Origin: Candidatus Altiarchaeales archaeon
GTDB taxonomy: Archaea > Altiarchaeota > Altiarchaeia > IMC4 > SCGC-AAA252-I15
Direction of reading: 5' to 3'
NCBI GenBank assembly: GCA_014727915.1
Contig: WJMO01000008.1
Location: 21,869-85,868, forward strand
DNA length: 64,000 bases
The notes under the pieces were generated by a model. The model did no database searches. It saw only the letters and a list, made by a program, of their open reading frames with translations, and had not been told where the DNA came from. Made by a program: the position numbers and the translations under genes. Of this stretch, positions 29,413 to 38,911 are shown piece after piece; position 1 is the first letter of the stretch, and each line of letters starts with the position of its first letter.

Positions 29413-30342
29413 ACCGTCGGCTCCCACTTCAGACGACTCAACAGCGTCAACTTCCTCGTCCCCGTCCATTATGGCCTTCAAGTCGTCGAAGCTTATCCTC
29501 TTGCTGGTCTTCAGCTTCTCCTTGGCCTCGACCGCCAGCTGGGCCTTCTTCTCATCCTCTCGCTTGGCCCTTATCTTCTCCAACTCCTCGGCGTATGGGG
29601 ACATCTCCTCCTGGATCTTCTCCATCTCCTTCCGGGCCACGGTTATCTTGTCCTTGACGGGGTTGACTATCTTGTACTTTTCGATCAGCTTGTTATGGCT
29701 CTCATCAGCCTGCTTCCGTATCTCATCCACCTTGCTGTATATCCCCACCGCCTGCAGGTGGTATTTCTCGGACTCGTCGGCCAACGCCCTTATCTCAGCG
29801 GATATCCGGTCCGTCTCATCATCCAATGACTTGAGCTCCTCGTAGGTGTCCACGACCTTCTTATGGAATTCCGTGGCCTCCTTAGCAGCCTCAAGACGCT
29901 CCTGGAGCTTGAATATGCTGTTGAACAATGCTATCTCCTTATCCAGGGGTATGTCCTTTGAGAGGAGCTTCTCCATGTCGCCTTCGTACTTGGACATGAG
30001 AGAGGAGTCTGTGCCGCGGGCGCTGCGGTTCAACTTGTCCCGCTTCTCCTTGCTGGCCTTTATGGACCCGGACATGGACTTGATCTTGTCGTTTATCTTC
30101 TTCCGCTTCTCCTTCAAATCCGATATCTTGCCGTTCAGCTCGTCCCGCTTCTCCCTCAGCTCCCTCGCCTCCTGGGAGAGCTTCTTGCAAGCCTCGTTAC
30201 CCTCGTCCCGGACCTTCCTCAGGTCGTTTATCTCCTTCTGGTGGGATTTAACCTCGGAAAGGAGATTGCTTATCTCCTTCTTTTTCTTGTTCACCTCGGT
30301 CCGTAGAGCGTTAATCTTGTCTTTCAGATCTTTCTCGTTCAT
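29401..30342 (-). CDS. coiled-coil protein (COG1340-like archaeal coiled-coil family)
   Basis: 313 aa, nearly entirely heptad-like K/E/L-rich sequence, with an acidic C-terminal tail. Confidence 0.6.
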   Translation of the reverse strand: MNEKDLKDKINALRTEVNKKKKEISNLLSEVKSHQKEINDLRKVRDEGNEACKKLSQEARELREKRDELNGKISDLKEKRKKINDKIKSMSGSIKASKEKRDKLNRSARGTDSSLMSKYEGDMEKLLSKDIPLDKEIALFNSIFKLQERLEAAKEATEFHKKVVDTYEELKSLDDETDRISAEIRALADESEKYHLQAVGIYSKVDEIRKQADESHNKLIEKYKIVNPVKDKITVARKEMEKIQEEMSPYAEELEKIRAKREDEKKAQLAVEAKEKLKTSKRISFDDLKAIMDGDEEVDAVESSEVGADGSGA

Positions 30343-30668
30343 GATTTGAGTTCACCTAGGCGGCCCAGCCAGTAATCACGGGCTTTCTTGTGTTCGTCGA
30401 TCAGGTCGCGGACCTTAGCGTAGTGGCTTTGGCTCTTGACCTTGAAGGTCGACTTCAGTTCCTTGAGCTCTTTTTCCGTTTCCTCCAGCTCCAGCCGGTA
30501 TTTCTCGCCGCTTCCGTTCTCGTCCAGCCAGTGGAGGAGCTGGTCCTTCTTCTCCTTGAGCATCTGGACCTGCTGCATCTTCTCGACCTCGTCGGAGTAT
30601 TCGCTTATGAACCGGTCGTGCTTCTCAACCAATGCTTCGGCAAGTTTCTTGGGTGAAAAATCGCTCAT
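30339..30668 (-). CDS. small coiled-coil protein
   Basis: 109 aa with K/E-rich helical heptads. Overlaps the start of the downstream coiled-coil gene by 4 nt. Confidence 0.5.
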   Translation of the reverse strand: MSDFSPKKLAEALVEKHDRFISEYSDEVEKMQQVQMLKEKKDQLLHWLDENGSGEKYRLELEETEKELKELKSTFKVKSQSHYAKVRDLIDEHKKARDYWLGRLGELKS

Positions 30669-30705
30669 TCTAGCATATGATAAGTGAATCTTGCCATAAA
30701 AAGCT

Positions 30706-31320
30706 TTATCCCTCCCTTATGACATAGAAGATCCTCTGCAATGCCGTCAGGTGGGACAGTACAGCCACCAATATCACGGCATATGTGAGGTAGACAGGAT
30801 CAGCCAAGCCGAACAGCATACCGGCGTATATGACGCCCAGACGCTCGAAACGCTCCATCAAGCCGCCGATGTTCCGGAGCTTCTCCGGGTCGGCTATCAC
30901 ATGCCGGTGGTCTGCGTAGGCGGTTATGAACGAGGGCATCAGCGCCCCGAACAGGAGGAACAGGAAGAGAAGATGATGTGATAACAGCACCTCCGGCGTG
31001 GACCGCAGGTAAAAGTACAAACCAAGATACAATGTGAACTCCACATACCTGTCCACCACACCATCCAGGAAGGCGCCCAGGTTAGACACACTATCCGTGA
31101 CCCTCGCGACCGTGCCGTCGATTATGTCCATGAACGCGCTGAAAAAGAACAGCAGAAGACCCCAAGCCAGGCTTCCATTGTACAATGCCATGAATCCTCC
31201 CAAGGCAGGAGCCAGAGAGAGAACAGTCCACACGTTCGGAGGAATGCGCAATTTGCTGAACAATATGCCGATGCGCACGTCGACCCCGCGGGTCCTATCC
31301 CTGAAAGACGCCTTCAACAT
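30706..31320 (-). CDS. CDP-alcohol phosphatidyltransferase, candidate archaetidylinositol-phosphate synthase
   Basis: Motif DIIDGTVAR...G...D...D in a ~200-aa polytopic protein. Lies ~1.4 kb from the inositol-1-phosphate synthase gene. Confidence 0.75.
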   Translation of the reverse strand: MLKASFRDRTRGVDVRIGILFSKLRIPPNVWTVLSLAPALGGFMALYNGSLAWGLLLFFFSAFMDIIDGTVARVTDSVSNLGAFLDGVVDRYVEFTLYLGLYFYLRSTPEVLLSHHLLFLFLLFGALMPSFITAYADHRHVIADPEKLRNIGGLMERFERLGVIYAGMLFGLADPVYLTYAVILVAVLSHLTALQRIFYVIREG

Positions 31321-31418
31321 CCCGATTACCTTGATACAAATATTTCACCCCACAACTATTAATAAGATTCTGAATCGAAGCCTTAGAAACTAATAAACAG
31401 CAGCTGCCCAATATTAGA

Positions 31419-32591
31419 TTGATGGCAGGCGAAGTCAGAAAGGACCAGAGTCAGTCGAGGATAATCCTCCCAGCGGATGCGCAGGGTAGTGCAGCAGGCA
31501 AACTTGAGCTGATCGAGAACAGCCCATCTCGGGTAAGGGAGCTACGAACTGCTATACGAGTTAGGCTCGAACGGGAAGGCGGGCAGGTCAAAGGCTTTCC
31601 TGAACGCTTCGCAGACTATCTGACAGGAGACACGCCAGACAGGAGGGAGCGGGCGGTATTGCGCGGCATACTGATGTCCGAGGCAATAAGGCTCCGCGAA
31701 CTGTCCTCTTCTGGGACTCCCATACGCGGCACCCTGAACGAGCTCATATTGGAGTCCGCAGACTTGGTTGCAGAACGCATGCATGAGCCTGATTTTCAGA
31801 CGCGCAGACAGTTCACGACAGGAATGGCATTATCTGCCTTATCCACTGTGGTGGATCCAACGGGGACAGTATCTGGTTTACTGGGTGAGATGCCGGAACA
31901 GGAGATGCCACAGCATACTAGTAGTGTGCCTGGTTACTATAAAATGTTCGGGTTAGAGGACCTTGTAACTCCTGATGGAAGATATACCTATGAGTGGGGA
32001 GTCAGAAGGGAGAACGAGCGAAGGCAGGAAGGCTACAGTGAAACTCAGATTAGGCCACTTCATTTTGACACGGTTTGGTGGGCTGCCCGTGTCGAGCTAC
32101 AGGCAGTGGTAGGTGATGAGATTCAAAGAGGCCATCCTCGTGATGAGGCTCTGGAATGGGATCTCAGGCTTGTTATCGGATCAAAACACTGGTCTCCATT
32201 AAGCGTACTGGAAAAGCATGCAGGGGGTGACGACAAAGTTGACCTAGAGCTGATAAGATTACAGGCACGCCCTGAAAATCTTAACAGACATCCGCCCATA
32301 TTCACGGCAGAGGGTTTGAAGCGCGCCCGTAGCATGTTGCGCAGAATCGCTTCGATGCCTGCAGCAAGCAAGGAGTTGACTGAAAGCGTCAGAGAAGCAG
32401 CCCAAAGAGAAAGAGAAGACGCGCACAAATCGGGGAAAGAGGAGGTTGAAGCCAGAAGAGATTACCATGTAGGCGACTCCTCCTTCAATGGTTTGGAGCC
32501 TGACGTAAAAAGCGGACAACACAGGGACTGGTTCGAAGGGAAAAAGAAGGGAAAAATGGAGGGTTTGGCAGATAGATACCCTCCTTTTTGA
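31419..32591 (+). CDS. hypothetical protein with atypical (A/T-ending) codon usage
   Basis: 390-aa ORF. The second half uses AAA/GAA/GAT/TTA/AGA far more than flanking genes, which prefer AAG/GAG/GAC/CTC/AGG. No motif recognised. Confidence 0.5.
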   Translation: MMAGEVRKDQSQSRIILPADAQGSAAGKLELIENSPSRVRELRTAIRVRLEREGGQVKGFPERFADYLTGDTPDRRERAVLRGILMSEAIRLRELSSSGTPIRGTLNELILESADLVAERMHEPDFQTRRQFTTGMALSALSTVVDPTGTVSGLLGEMPEQEMPQHTSSVPGYYKMFGLEDLVTPDGRYTYEWGVRRENERRQEGYSETQIRPLHFDTVWWAARVELQAVVGDEIQRGHPRDEALEWDLRLVIGSKHWSPLSVLEKHAGGDDKVDLELIRLQARPENLNRHPPIFTAEGLKRARSMLRRIASMPAASKELTESVREAAQREREDAHKSGKEEVEARRDYHVGDSSFNGLEPDVKSGQHRDWFEGKKKGKMEGLADRYPPF

Positions 32592-32603
32592 ATTCCACCT
32601 GCC

Positions 32604-32650
32604 TATCTTTCACTCTCGCCCTTAATGAACTCCTCAACCACAGCCTTTTT
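32604..32650 (-). repeat. diverged duplicate of the 3' end of the inositol-1-phosphate synthase gene (encodes ...[15 protein letters not shown])
   Basis: About 27 of 33 nt are identical to 32775-32807. The real gene end encodes ...[14 protein letters not shown]. Read directly from the sequence. Confidence 0.55.
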
Positions 32651-32768
32651 AACACGTTAGGTTGGCGTGGACAACCTGCACCCCAAAACAGCTAAGGTGT
32701 TTTGGGGGGAAAAGACTGGCGGAAAATGTGTGGGGTTCGCTTCACCCACCCCACTGTTACCTTAATGA

Positions 32769-33860
32769 CTACCTCTCCCTCTCGCCCTTGATGAATTCTT
32801 CGACCATCTCCCTAGCGACGCTGTCCGTGTATTGTATCATGGGGGACTTCATGAAGTAGCTGCTCGGGCTGGTGAGAGTCCCCGAGACGCCCCGGTCCAG
32901 TGCGAGCTTTATGCACCTTATGGCATCCACCATCACGCCCGCGCTGTTAGGGCTGTCTTCGACGTCCAATCTGAGCTCGATGTTCAATGGCACGTCCCCG
33001 AACTTCCGGCCCTCCATGCGTATGAAGCAGAGCTTCTTGTCGTCCAACCATGGCACATAGTCGGAGGGTCCGATGTGTATGTCATCCGGGGGCAATTGCG
33101 TTGGAAGCTGGCTCTGGACGCTCTGGGTCTTCGAGATCTTCTTGCTCTTCAGCCGCGTGCGCTCCAGCATGTTAAGGAAGTCCGTGTTACCCCCGACGTT
33201 CAACTGGTAGGTGTGATCCAGTTTGACACCACGGTCCACGAACAACCTCGTCAGAGTCCTGTGAACTATGGTAGCTCCCACCTGGCTCTTTATGTCGTCG
33301 CCGATGCACGGAAGCCCGGCCTCCCGGAACATCTCATCACCGTCCTTGGTGCTGCAGATGAACACGGGCATCGCGTTGACGAAGGCAACCCCTGCCTTCA
33401 CGCACTCGCCCGCGTAGAACCGTGCAGCCTCCTCCGAGCCGACGGGCAGGTAGCACATGGCCACGTCCGCCCCGGATTCCTCCAGCTCCTTCGCAACATT
33501 CACTGGGGCCTGCTTCGGGTCGACGGTGAACTTCTCCCTTGTCGTGTCCGCGACACCGTCCAGGACCGGGCCCTTCTTCACCTCAACATCCCAGCGGGGG
33601 ACATCGCTGAATTTCACCGTGCAGTTGGGCTCCGCGAAGACCGCCTCCGAAAGGTCCGATCCCACCTTCTTGCTGTCAACGTCAAAGGCCGCGACGAACC
33701 TCATGTCCTTGATCATGTAGCCGCCGAGGCTGTTGTGCATAAGCCCCGGGATAAGCGGGTCCTCGGCCCTGACCCCCTTATAGTATTCCACGCCCTGAAT
33801 AAGCGATGAAGCGCAGTTCCCAACCCCTATGATCGCGACTTTTATATCCTTATTAGCCAT
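32769..33860 (-). CDS. myo-inositol-1-phosphate synthase (archaeal type)
   Basis: NAD-binding start [11 protein letters not shown] and a conserved catalytic core. 363 aa. Confidence 0.9.
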   Translation of the reverse strand: MANKDIKVAIIGVGNCASSLIQGVEYYKGVRAEDPLIPGLMHNSLGGYMIKDMRFVAAFDVDSKKVGSDLSEAVFAEPNCTVKFSDVPRWDVEVKKGPVLDGVADTTREKFTVDPKQAPVNVAKELEESGADVAMCYLPVGSEEAARFYAGECVKAGVAFVNAMPVFICSTKDGDEMFREAGLPCIGDDIKSQVGATIVHRTLTRLFVDRGVKLDHTYQLNVGGNTDFLNMLERTRLKSKKISKTQSVQSQLPTQLPPDDIHIGPSDYVPWLDDKKLCFIRMEGRKFGDVPLNIELRLDVEDSPNSAGVMVDAIRCIKLALDRGVSGTLTSPSSYFMKSPMIQYTDSVAREMVEEFIKGERER

Positions 33861-33881
33861 GATTAATACAGATATTTAATC
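33861..33881. promoter_or_regulatory. inverted repeat GATTAA-N9-TTAATC inside divergent AT-rich promoter region
   Basis: Lies between the divergent IPS and padR starts. TATA-like ATATATAAATATTTTA follows. Candidate PadR operator. Confidence 0.3.
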
Positions 33882-33910
33882 ATATATAAATATTTTATGG
33901 TTGTAAAACA

Positions 33911-34231
33911 ATGGCTTCGGGAAAACCCATGAACCGGCTGAGGCGCAAGACGACCACAGAATGCCTCTGGCCCTACATACTATCCCTGATGAAAGAGGAA
34001 CCCATATACGCCTACGAGATACGCGATATGGTAGAGAAACGATTCGGATTCAAGGTGGGCCAGGTGACAGCCTACATGGTCCTCTACAAGCTGGAGAAGG
34101 AAGGATACGTGGAGACGGAATGGCGTCAGGTTAACAACCGGCAGAGGAAATACTACAAGATAACACCCCCAGGAAACAGAGCATTCAAGGATGCGAAGGA
34201 ATACCTGAAAGAGGCCTCAGAGAGCCTTTAG
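33911..34231 (+). CDS. PadR-family transcriptional regulator
   Basis: PadR wHTH: YAYEIRDMVEKRFGFKVGQVTAYMVLYKLEKEGYVE. Confidence 0.85.
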   Translation: MASGKPMNRLRRKTTTECLWPYILSLMKEEPIYAYEIRDMVEKRFGFKVGQVTAYMVLYKLEKEGYVETEWRQVNNRQRKYYKITPPGNRAFKDAKEYLKEASESL

Positions 34232-34411
34232 CAGCGGAGCCGCCAAGGCAACTGCCTCCACGGACTCGGGCTGCTCCGTCACGACCACCAGGTTGTAACC
34301 GAACGCCCACCAGAGGATCAGAACAACGACTATAACAAACAGTGCGACCGCGATTATCACAACCTCCCACAGGGGAAGGGTCTCGTCTATCTTCTTCAGC
34401 ACGTCGATCAT
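34217..34411 (-). CDS. small single-TM membrane protein
   Basis: Internal Met start MIDVLKKIDETLPLWEVVIIAVALFVIVVVLILWW. The upstream part of ORF 34217..34504 overlaps the pgk stop region. Confidence 0.35.
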   Translation of the reverse strand: MIDVLKKIDETLPLWEVVIIAVALFVIVVVLILWWAFGYNLVVVTEQPESVEAVALAAPLLKAL

Positions 34412-34437
34412 TTCATAAACTAATACCCCACAGGAGT

Positions 34438-35655
34438 TTATAAGCCAGAGGATTTCAGCGCCTCCAAGGCGGGGAGCTTCACCCCCGCGAGGAAGTCGAC
34501 ACACGCCCCTCCACCGCTTGAAACGTGGGTTATCTTGTCGGAGACGCCGAGGTTCTTGGCCGCCGCCACCGTGTGACCGCCGCCGATTACGCTGAAGCTC
34601 TTGGACTCGGCTATCGCCTTTATCATCTCCTCCGTCCCGTAGGCGAACTTCTTGTCCTCGAATATGCCCAACGCGCCGTTGGCGAATGAGGTCTTGGACT
34701 CGTTGATGAGCTTCTTGTACAGCTCGACCGTCTTGGCGCCGATGTCGCTTATCTTATAGTTCGTCGGAAGGTCTCCCACGTCGATCTCGCTCCGCTCCCC
34801 GCTCTTCTCCACCGCAAGGTCCCTGGGCAGGACAATCCTGTCCTCGTACCTGTCCAGCAGCCTCTTAGCCACTTCTATCTGGTCTACCATCTTCTTGCCG
34901 CGGATGAACTCGATGTTGGGCTCGCCAATCCGGTAGTCCTTGGCAGCCAGGAATATGTTCGCGACCACACCCCCCGTCAGTATCCTGTCAGTGCCGTGCT
35001 CCAACGCCTTCTCAGCCACCCGAAGGCTGTCATCCGCCTTAGTGCCGCCCAACACGAACGATATGGGATGCTCGGGGTTCTCGAGTATGCCGCCGATGAT
35101 GCGGACCTCCTTCTCCATCAGCCTTCCAATACACGACGGAAGAACCATTGGGAAACCAACCACGGAAGGCTGGCTCCTGTGGGCGACGGCGAACGCGTCG
35201 TTCACGAAAAGATCGAAGAGGGGCGACATCCTCTGCACCATCACCGTCTTGGCCTGGACGTCCGCAGGCCTCTTCAGAACCTCCTCGCTGTAGAAACGCA
35301 GGTTCTCCAAGATGATCACATCCCCGCCGGAGAGGTTCTTAACGGCATTCTGGGCGTTCGAGCCGAAGATGTCATCCACGTAGGCAACGTCCTTCCCGAC
35401 TATCTCGCCCAGCCGCCTGGAATGCTCCTTGAGGGTGGTGAAATCCTCCTCCCCCGGCCGGCCCTGATGGGCGATGCAGACAACTGCGGCATCGGAGTCG
35501 GTGAGCTCCTGGATGGTCTCCCTGTGGCTAATGAAACGCCTGTCATCAAGGAAATCCCCGGTATCGGGGTCGATGGGAGAGTTCAAGTCCAAACGCAAAA
35601 GCACCTTCTTACCGGACACGTCAACGTCGTCCAGGGTCTTATAGCCGTTAAGCAT
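34438..35655 (-). CDS. pgk: phosphoglycerate kinase
   Basis: PGK N- and C-domain motifs (RLDLNSP, GGGACVDFL-like). 405 aa. Confidence 0.9.
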   Translation of the reverse strand: MLNGYKTLDDVDVSGKKVLLRLDLNSPIDPDTGDFLDDRRFISHRETIQELTDSDAAVVCIAHQGRPGEEDFTTLKEHSRRLGEIVGKDVAYVDDIFGSNAQNAVKNLSGGDVIILENLRFYSEEVLKRPADVQAKTVMVQRMSPLFDLFVNDAFAVAHRSQPSVVGFPMVLPSCIGRLMEKEVRIIGGILENPEHPISFVLGGTKADDSLRVAEKALEHGTDRILTGGVVANIFLAAKDYRIGEPNIEFIRGKKMVDQIEVAKRLLDRYEDRIVLPRDLAVEKSGERSEIDVGDLPTNYKISDIGAKTVELYKKLINESKTSFANGALGIFEDKKFAYGTEEMIKAIAESKSFSVIGGGHTVAAAKNLGVSDKITHVSSGGGACVDFLAGVKLPALEALKSSGL

Positions 35656-35703
35656 CGCAAATCACCGGAAAGGATAATATAATTTAAAGCAGAGTATTAA
35701 AAC

Positions 35704-36189
35704 ATGGAAGTGTCCGATGCGATAGCGAACCGGAGGAGCATACGAAAATACACCGGCGAAGAAGTATCTGACAATGACATCAAGGCCGTCCTGGAAGCCG
35801 GCAGGTGGGGTCCCAGCGGACTGAACAACCAACCCTGGAAGTTCAAAGTACTGAAAGGCAAGGTGAAGGACTCGATCGCAGAGCATACAAGGTACGGACA
35901 CATCATAGAGGCCGCGCCCGCGTGCATCGCAGTGTTCCTGGACGTGGAAAACAGCTACAACCGGGACAAAGACCTCCAGGCAATCGGGGCGTGCATCCAG
36001 AACATGCTATTGAGGATACAGAGCCTCGGATTAGGCGCGGTCTGGCTGGGGGAGATACTCAACCAACGGGAGAAAGTCGAAGAAACCCTGGGAGTCGAGC
36101 ATGAGCTCATGGCCGTGATAGCATTAGGCCACCCAGGCGAAGAAGGGAGCTCAGACAGGAAGGACATGGGCGAACTACTGCTGGAATGA
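35704..36189 (+). CDS. nitroreductase-family protein
   Basis: RRSIRKY FMN-binding start and the nitroreductase fold pattern. Confidence 0.8.
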   Translation: MEVSDAIANRRSIRKYTGEEVSDNDIKAVLEAGRWGPSGLNNQPWKFKVLKGKVKDSIAEHTRYGHIIEAAPACIAVFLDVENSYNRDKDLQAIGACIQNMLLRIQSLGLGAVWLGEILNQREKVEETLGVEHELMAVIALGHPGEEGSSDRKDMGELLLE

Positions 36190-36193
36190 GATT

Positions 36194-36844
36194 CTACCAG
36201 TCCCTCGCAAGGTATTCGTCCTCCGAGTTCCCCTGGTAGGTGGGCTCATCCCTCCAATACTCGATGATCTCCAGCATGTCCTTGCCTGCACCCATCTCCC
36301 TGAGAGCCTTTTCCTGGTAGTTCAAACAATTCCGCTCGGCCTCCGCACCACGGTAGGTCTCACGGTCGGTGTCAAGCCTGCCAGCAGCCACGTCCTCCCT
36401 GTATAAACCAGCGTGCTTGCTGTCATGTGCTATGCACCCGGCATACCATAGGGGATCGTCAGACCACGTCTTGCGCCCCACGTTGAATATGAACTGGGAG
36501 CCTACGACCTGCATGGCAGACCTCGCACCCTCGTTTATCAAATCGAGATTGTCCCGAACCTCATCGAACACCGAGGTCTTGCTGAGCAACTCCAACGCGG
36601 CCCGAGTCCTCTTCCGGAAACGACCGCTCCCATAGACTTTGAAGCCATGCATCTCCTCTGTCCGCGTCAGCGACGCGATCTCGAAGACATCGCCTGTCTC
36701 TCTGAGGGTAGACCCCAACTCAGAGAAATAACCTCTCACTGCGGCGGGAACCAACACGCCCAAGGCACCGCCAAAACGCTTCAAAACAGGGAAACTGCCA
36801 ACATCCTCCCGCTCCCCGCCACCCTCAACAACCCTATGGGCCAT
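36194..36844 (-). CDS. hypothetical protein
   Basis: 216-aa ORF. No motif recognised. Confidence 0.4.
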   Translation of the reverse strand: MAHRVVEGGGEREDVGSFPVLKRFGGALGVLVPAAVRGYFSELGSTLRETGDVFEIASLTRTEEMHGFKVYGSGRFRKRTRAALELLSKTSVFDEVRDNLDLINEGARSAMQVVGSQFIFNVGRKTWSDDPLWYAGCIAHDSKHAGLYREDVAAGRLDTDRETYRGAEAERNCLNYQEKALREMGAGKDMLEIIEYWRDEPTYQGNSEDEYLARDW

Positions 36845-36913
36845 CCTACATACAATAGAGGGAAGAACCCGAATAAGTATGAAAAACCGGATAATCTGGT
36901 TTAAAAGCCAGTA

Positions 36914-37636
36914 ATGACAGAGTCTAATATGAGAAAGTACGCCACGGACCAGGGACAGAACCCAACCCTAAACCCGGCCGTAAGGAGATACCAAACCCCC
37001 AAACAAGAGCCGGCGGAGATAGCACCCTTACAGCAAGACCCAGATGCTTGGGCTGAAGGGTTGGGCCAGGGCGAAATCCCATTGAAAAGCCAGGAACACG
37101 GAAGTTTCAAGTTCCCATCAGTAAATGAGAAGGGAGTTTTCCAGGGAGCCTACAGCCTAAGATACCCCGACGGCAGGGGCCGGATCGTTGTCCTAAGAAC
37201 CACGACAAACAAGGATATTGACACAGACGTGTCAGTCTACGACGTAGACCCGGCCGCGAGAGAGGAAAGAAAAGAAAGACTCGGCAGATTCTACAGGGTA
37301 ATCGCAGTAGGGGGCACGTCACAGCTATACCTTGAGGATAGAGGCGATAAAATGGGCTGCTCCGGCATGGCAGGCGAAGCCACTAGGATACTGGAAGAGG
37401 ACGCGGTAACAAAGGGAACGAATCATATGCGGGTTCTGGCAGAGGACAGATACATCGCCATGCTCCAGTCCAGGGGATTCTCCCTTGAAGACACGACACC
37501 CACCACAAAGGGGAAGAGGCTGATGACAAAAACCCTTGAGGAGACGGGCGGGACTGACGTGGGCACACACCACAACTTCAGGGTCATGACAGGCGACGGC
37601 GAACATATGATAACAAAGGCAATAGCGGGAAAGTGA
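36914..37636 (+). CDS. hypothetical protein (disordered N-terminus; C-terminal region weakly GNAT-like)
   Basis: 240-aa ORF. A RVLAEDRYIAMLQSRGF-type ending resembles a GNAT C-terminus. Weak. Confidence 0.35.
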   Translation: MTESNMRKYATDQGQNPTLNPAVRRYQTPKQEPAEIAPLQQDPDAWAEGLGQGEIPLKSQEHGSFKFPSVNEKGVFQGAYSLRYPDGRGRIVVLRTTTNKDIDTDVSVYDVDPAAREERKERLGRFYRVIAVGGTSQLYLEDRGDKMGCSGMAGEATRILEEDAVTKGTNHMRVLAEDRYIAMLQSRGFSLEDTTPTTKGKRLMTKTLEETGGTDVGTHHNFRVMTGDGEHMITKAIAGK

Positions 37637-37696
37637 GCCGTATTATTAATAAACCCTTATTCCATTATCTCAACCCCTTCAATAATCAGGAACAAG

Positions 37697-38911
37697 ATGA
37701 ATGGAGTGGTTGAGGGCGCTGCCGCAGGCGCGGTTGCCGAGGGTTTCGTTACGACCCCCGAGTTCCAGATGAGCCTCCTCCTATTCGTCTCGCTTCTCGG
37801 ATACATAGTGGCATCGAGGATAAACCAAAGCGTAGTAATAGGGGAGATCATCGTAGGCCTTCTGATAGGGCCCAGCCTGCTGGGTTGGATAACATACACC
37901 GACTTCGTGGAATCTCTAGCCCACCTGGGAGCAGTGATATTGCTGTTCGTCATCGGGTTGGAGTTCAAGCTCTCCGGGATATACAAGCCGAAATACATAG
38001 TAATCGCATTAGCAGGAGTCATAATACCCTGGATAGGCGGATACTATGTGGCAGAGTTGTTCGGGTTCGACTTCAAAGGTGCCGTGTTCGTCGGCACAGC
38101 CATGACCGCCACCTCAATAGCCATCACAGCCAACGTGCTGAAGGAGATGGGGAAGCTGAAGACTAACGCGGCGGAGGCCATAATAGGCGCAGCCGTCATC
38201 GACGACATCCTCGGCCTGGTCGCCCTGGCAATCTCCAACCAGGTCGTCCAGGGAGAGGTATCATTGCTCGTGGACGTGATGATACTGTTGAAGGCGGTTG
38301 GATTCCTGGCTGTGGGAGCGTGGCTTGGCCACACATACCTGCGGACGATAATAATCGACATGGACGAAAGCGACTTCGGCAAGCAATACCCTGAGTTCGT
38401 GTTCATAGTGGCCATGATGATAGCGTTCCTGTACAGCATGGCAGCCGAGTACATGGGCCTGTCAGCCATAGTCGGAGCCTTCCTAGCGGGAGTCAGCCTC
38501 GAAGGAATAAAATTGAAGCACAGCAAGGACTTCCAAGACGGCGCCGAGTACCTGCACATAATATTCGCAGCAATATTCTTCGTATCCCTAGGAATATTGG
38601 TTGACGCCCACCAGGTAACAGGCGAGATAATATTCTTCACGCTGGTGCTGTCTGTCGTGGCGGTGATCACGAAGGTCTTGGGGTGCTACCTGGCAGCTAT
38701 AGCCCAGAAGATACCGAAACACGACAGCCTCGTCATCGGATTCGGAATGTCGCCCCGGGGCGAGGTGGCGATGATCGTCGGCCTTATAGGCCTGACCGCG
38801 GGCATAATAGACCAAGGCCTGTATGTGGCGATAATATTCATGAGCCTGCTCACAACCGTCCTAACCCCGATCGTATTGAGGAACTGGCTCTACAAGGAGT
38901 CTACGACTTAG
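37697..38911 (+). CDS. monovalent cation:proton antiporter (CPA2/Kef-NapA type)
   Basis: 12-13 TM helices and a Na_H exchanger pattern (GEIIVGLLIGPSLLG, AAVIDDILGL). Confidence 0.85.
   Translation: MNGVVEGAAAGAVAEGFVTTPEFQMSLLLFVSLLGYIVASRINQSVVIGEIIVGLLIGPSLLGWITYTDFVESLAHLGAVILLFVIGLEFKLSGIYKPKYIVIALAGVIIPWIGGYYVAELFGFDFKGAVFVGTAMTATSIAITANVLKEMGKLKTNAAEAIIGAAVIDDILGLVALAISNQVVQGEVSLLVDVMILLKAVGFLAVGAWLGHTYLRTIIIDMDESDFGKQYPEFVFIVAMMIAFLYSMAAEYMGLSAIVGAFLAGVSLEGIKLKHSKDFQDGAEYLHIIFAAIFFVSLGILVDAHQVTGEIIFFTLVLSVVAVITKVLGCYLAAIAQKIPKHDSLVIGFGMSPRGEVAMIVGLIGLTAGIIDQGLYVAIIFMSLLTTVLTPIVLRNWLYKESTT

Noticed and set aside
32683-32708. Perfect 10-bp stem hairpin as intrinsic terminator of the IPS gene
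   Set aside because: No T-run follows on either strand, and archaeal termination does not require hairpins. It is reported only as part of the integration-scar finding.
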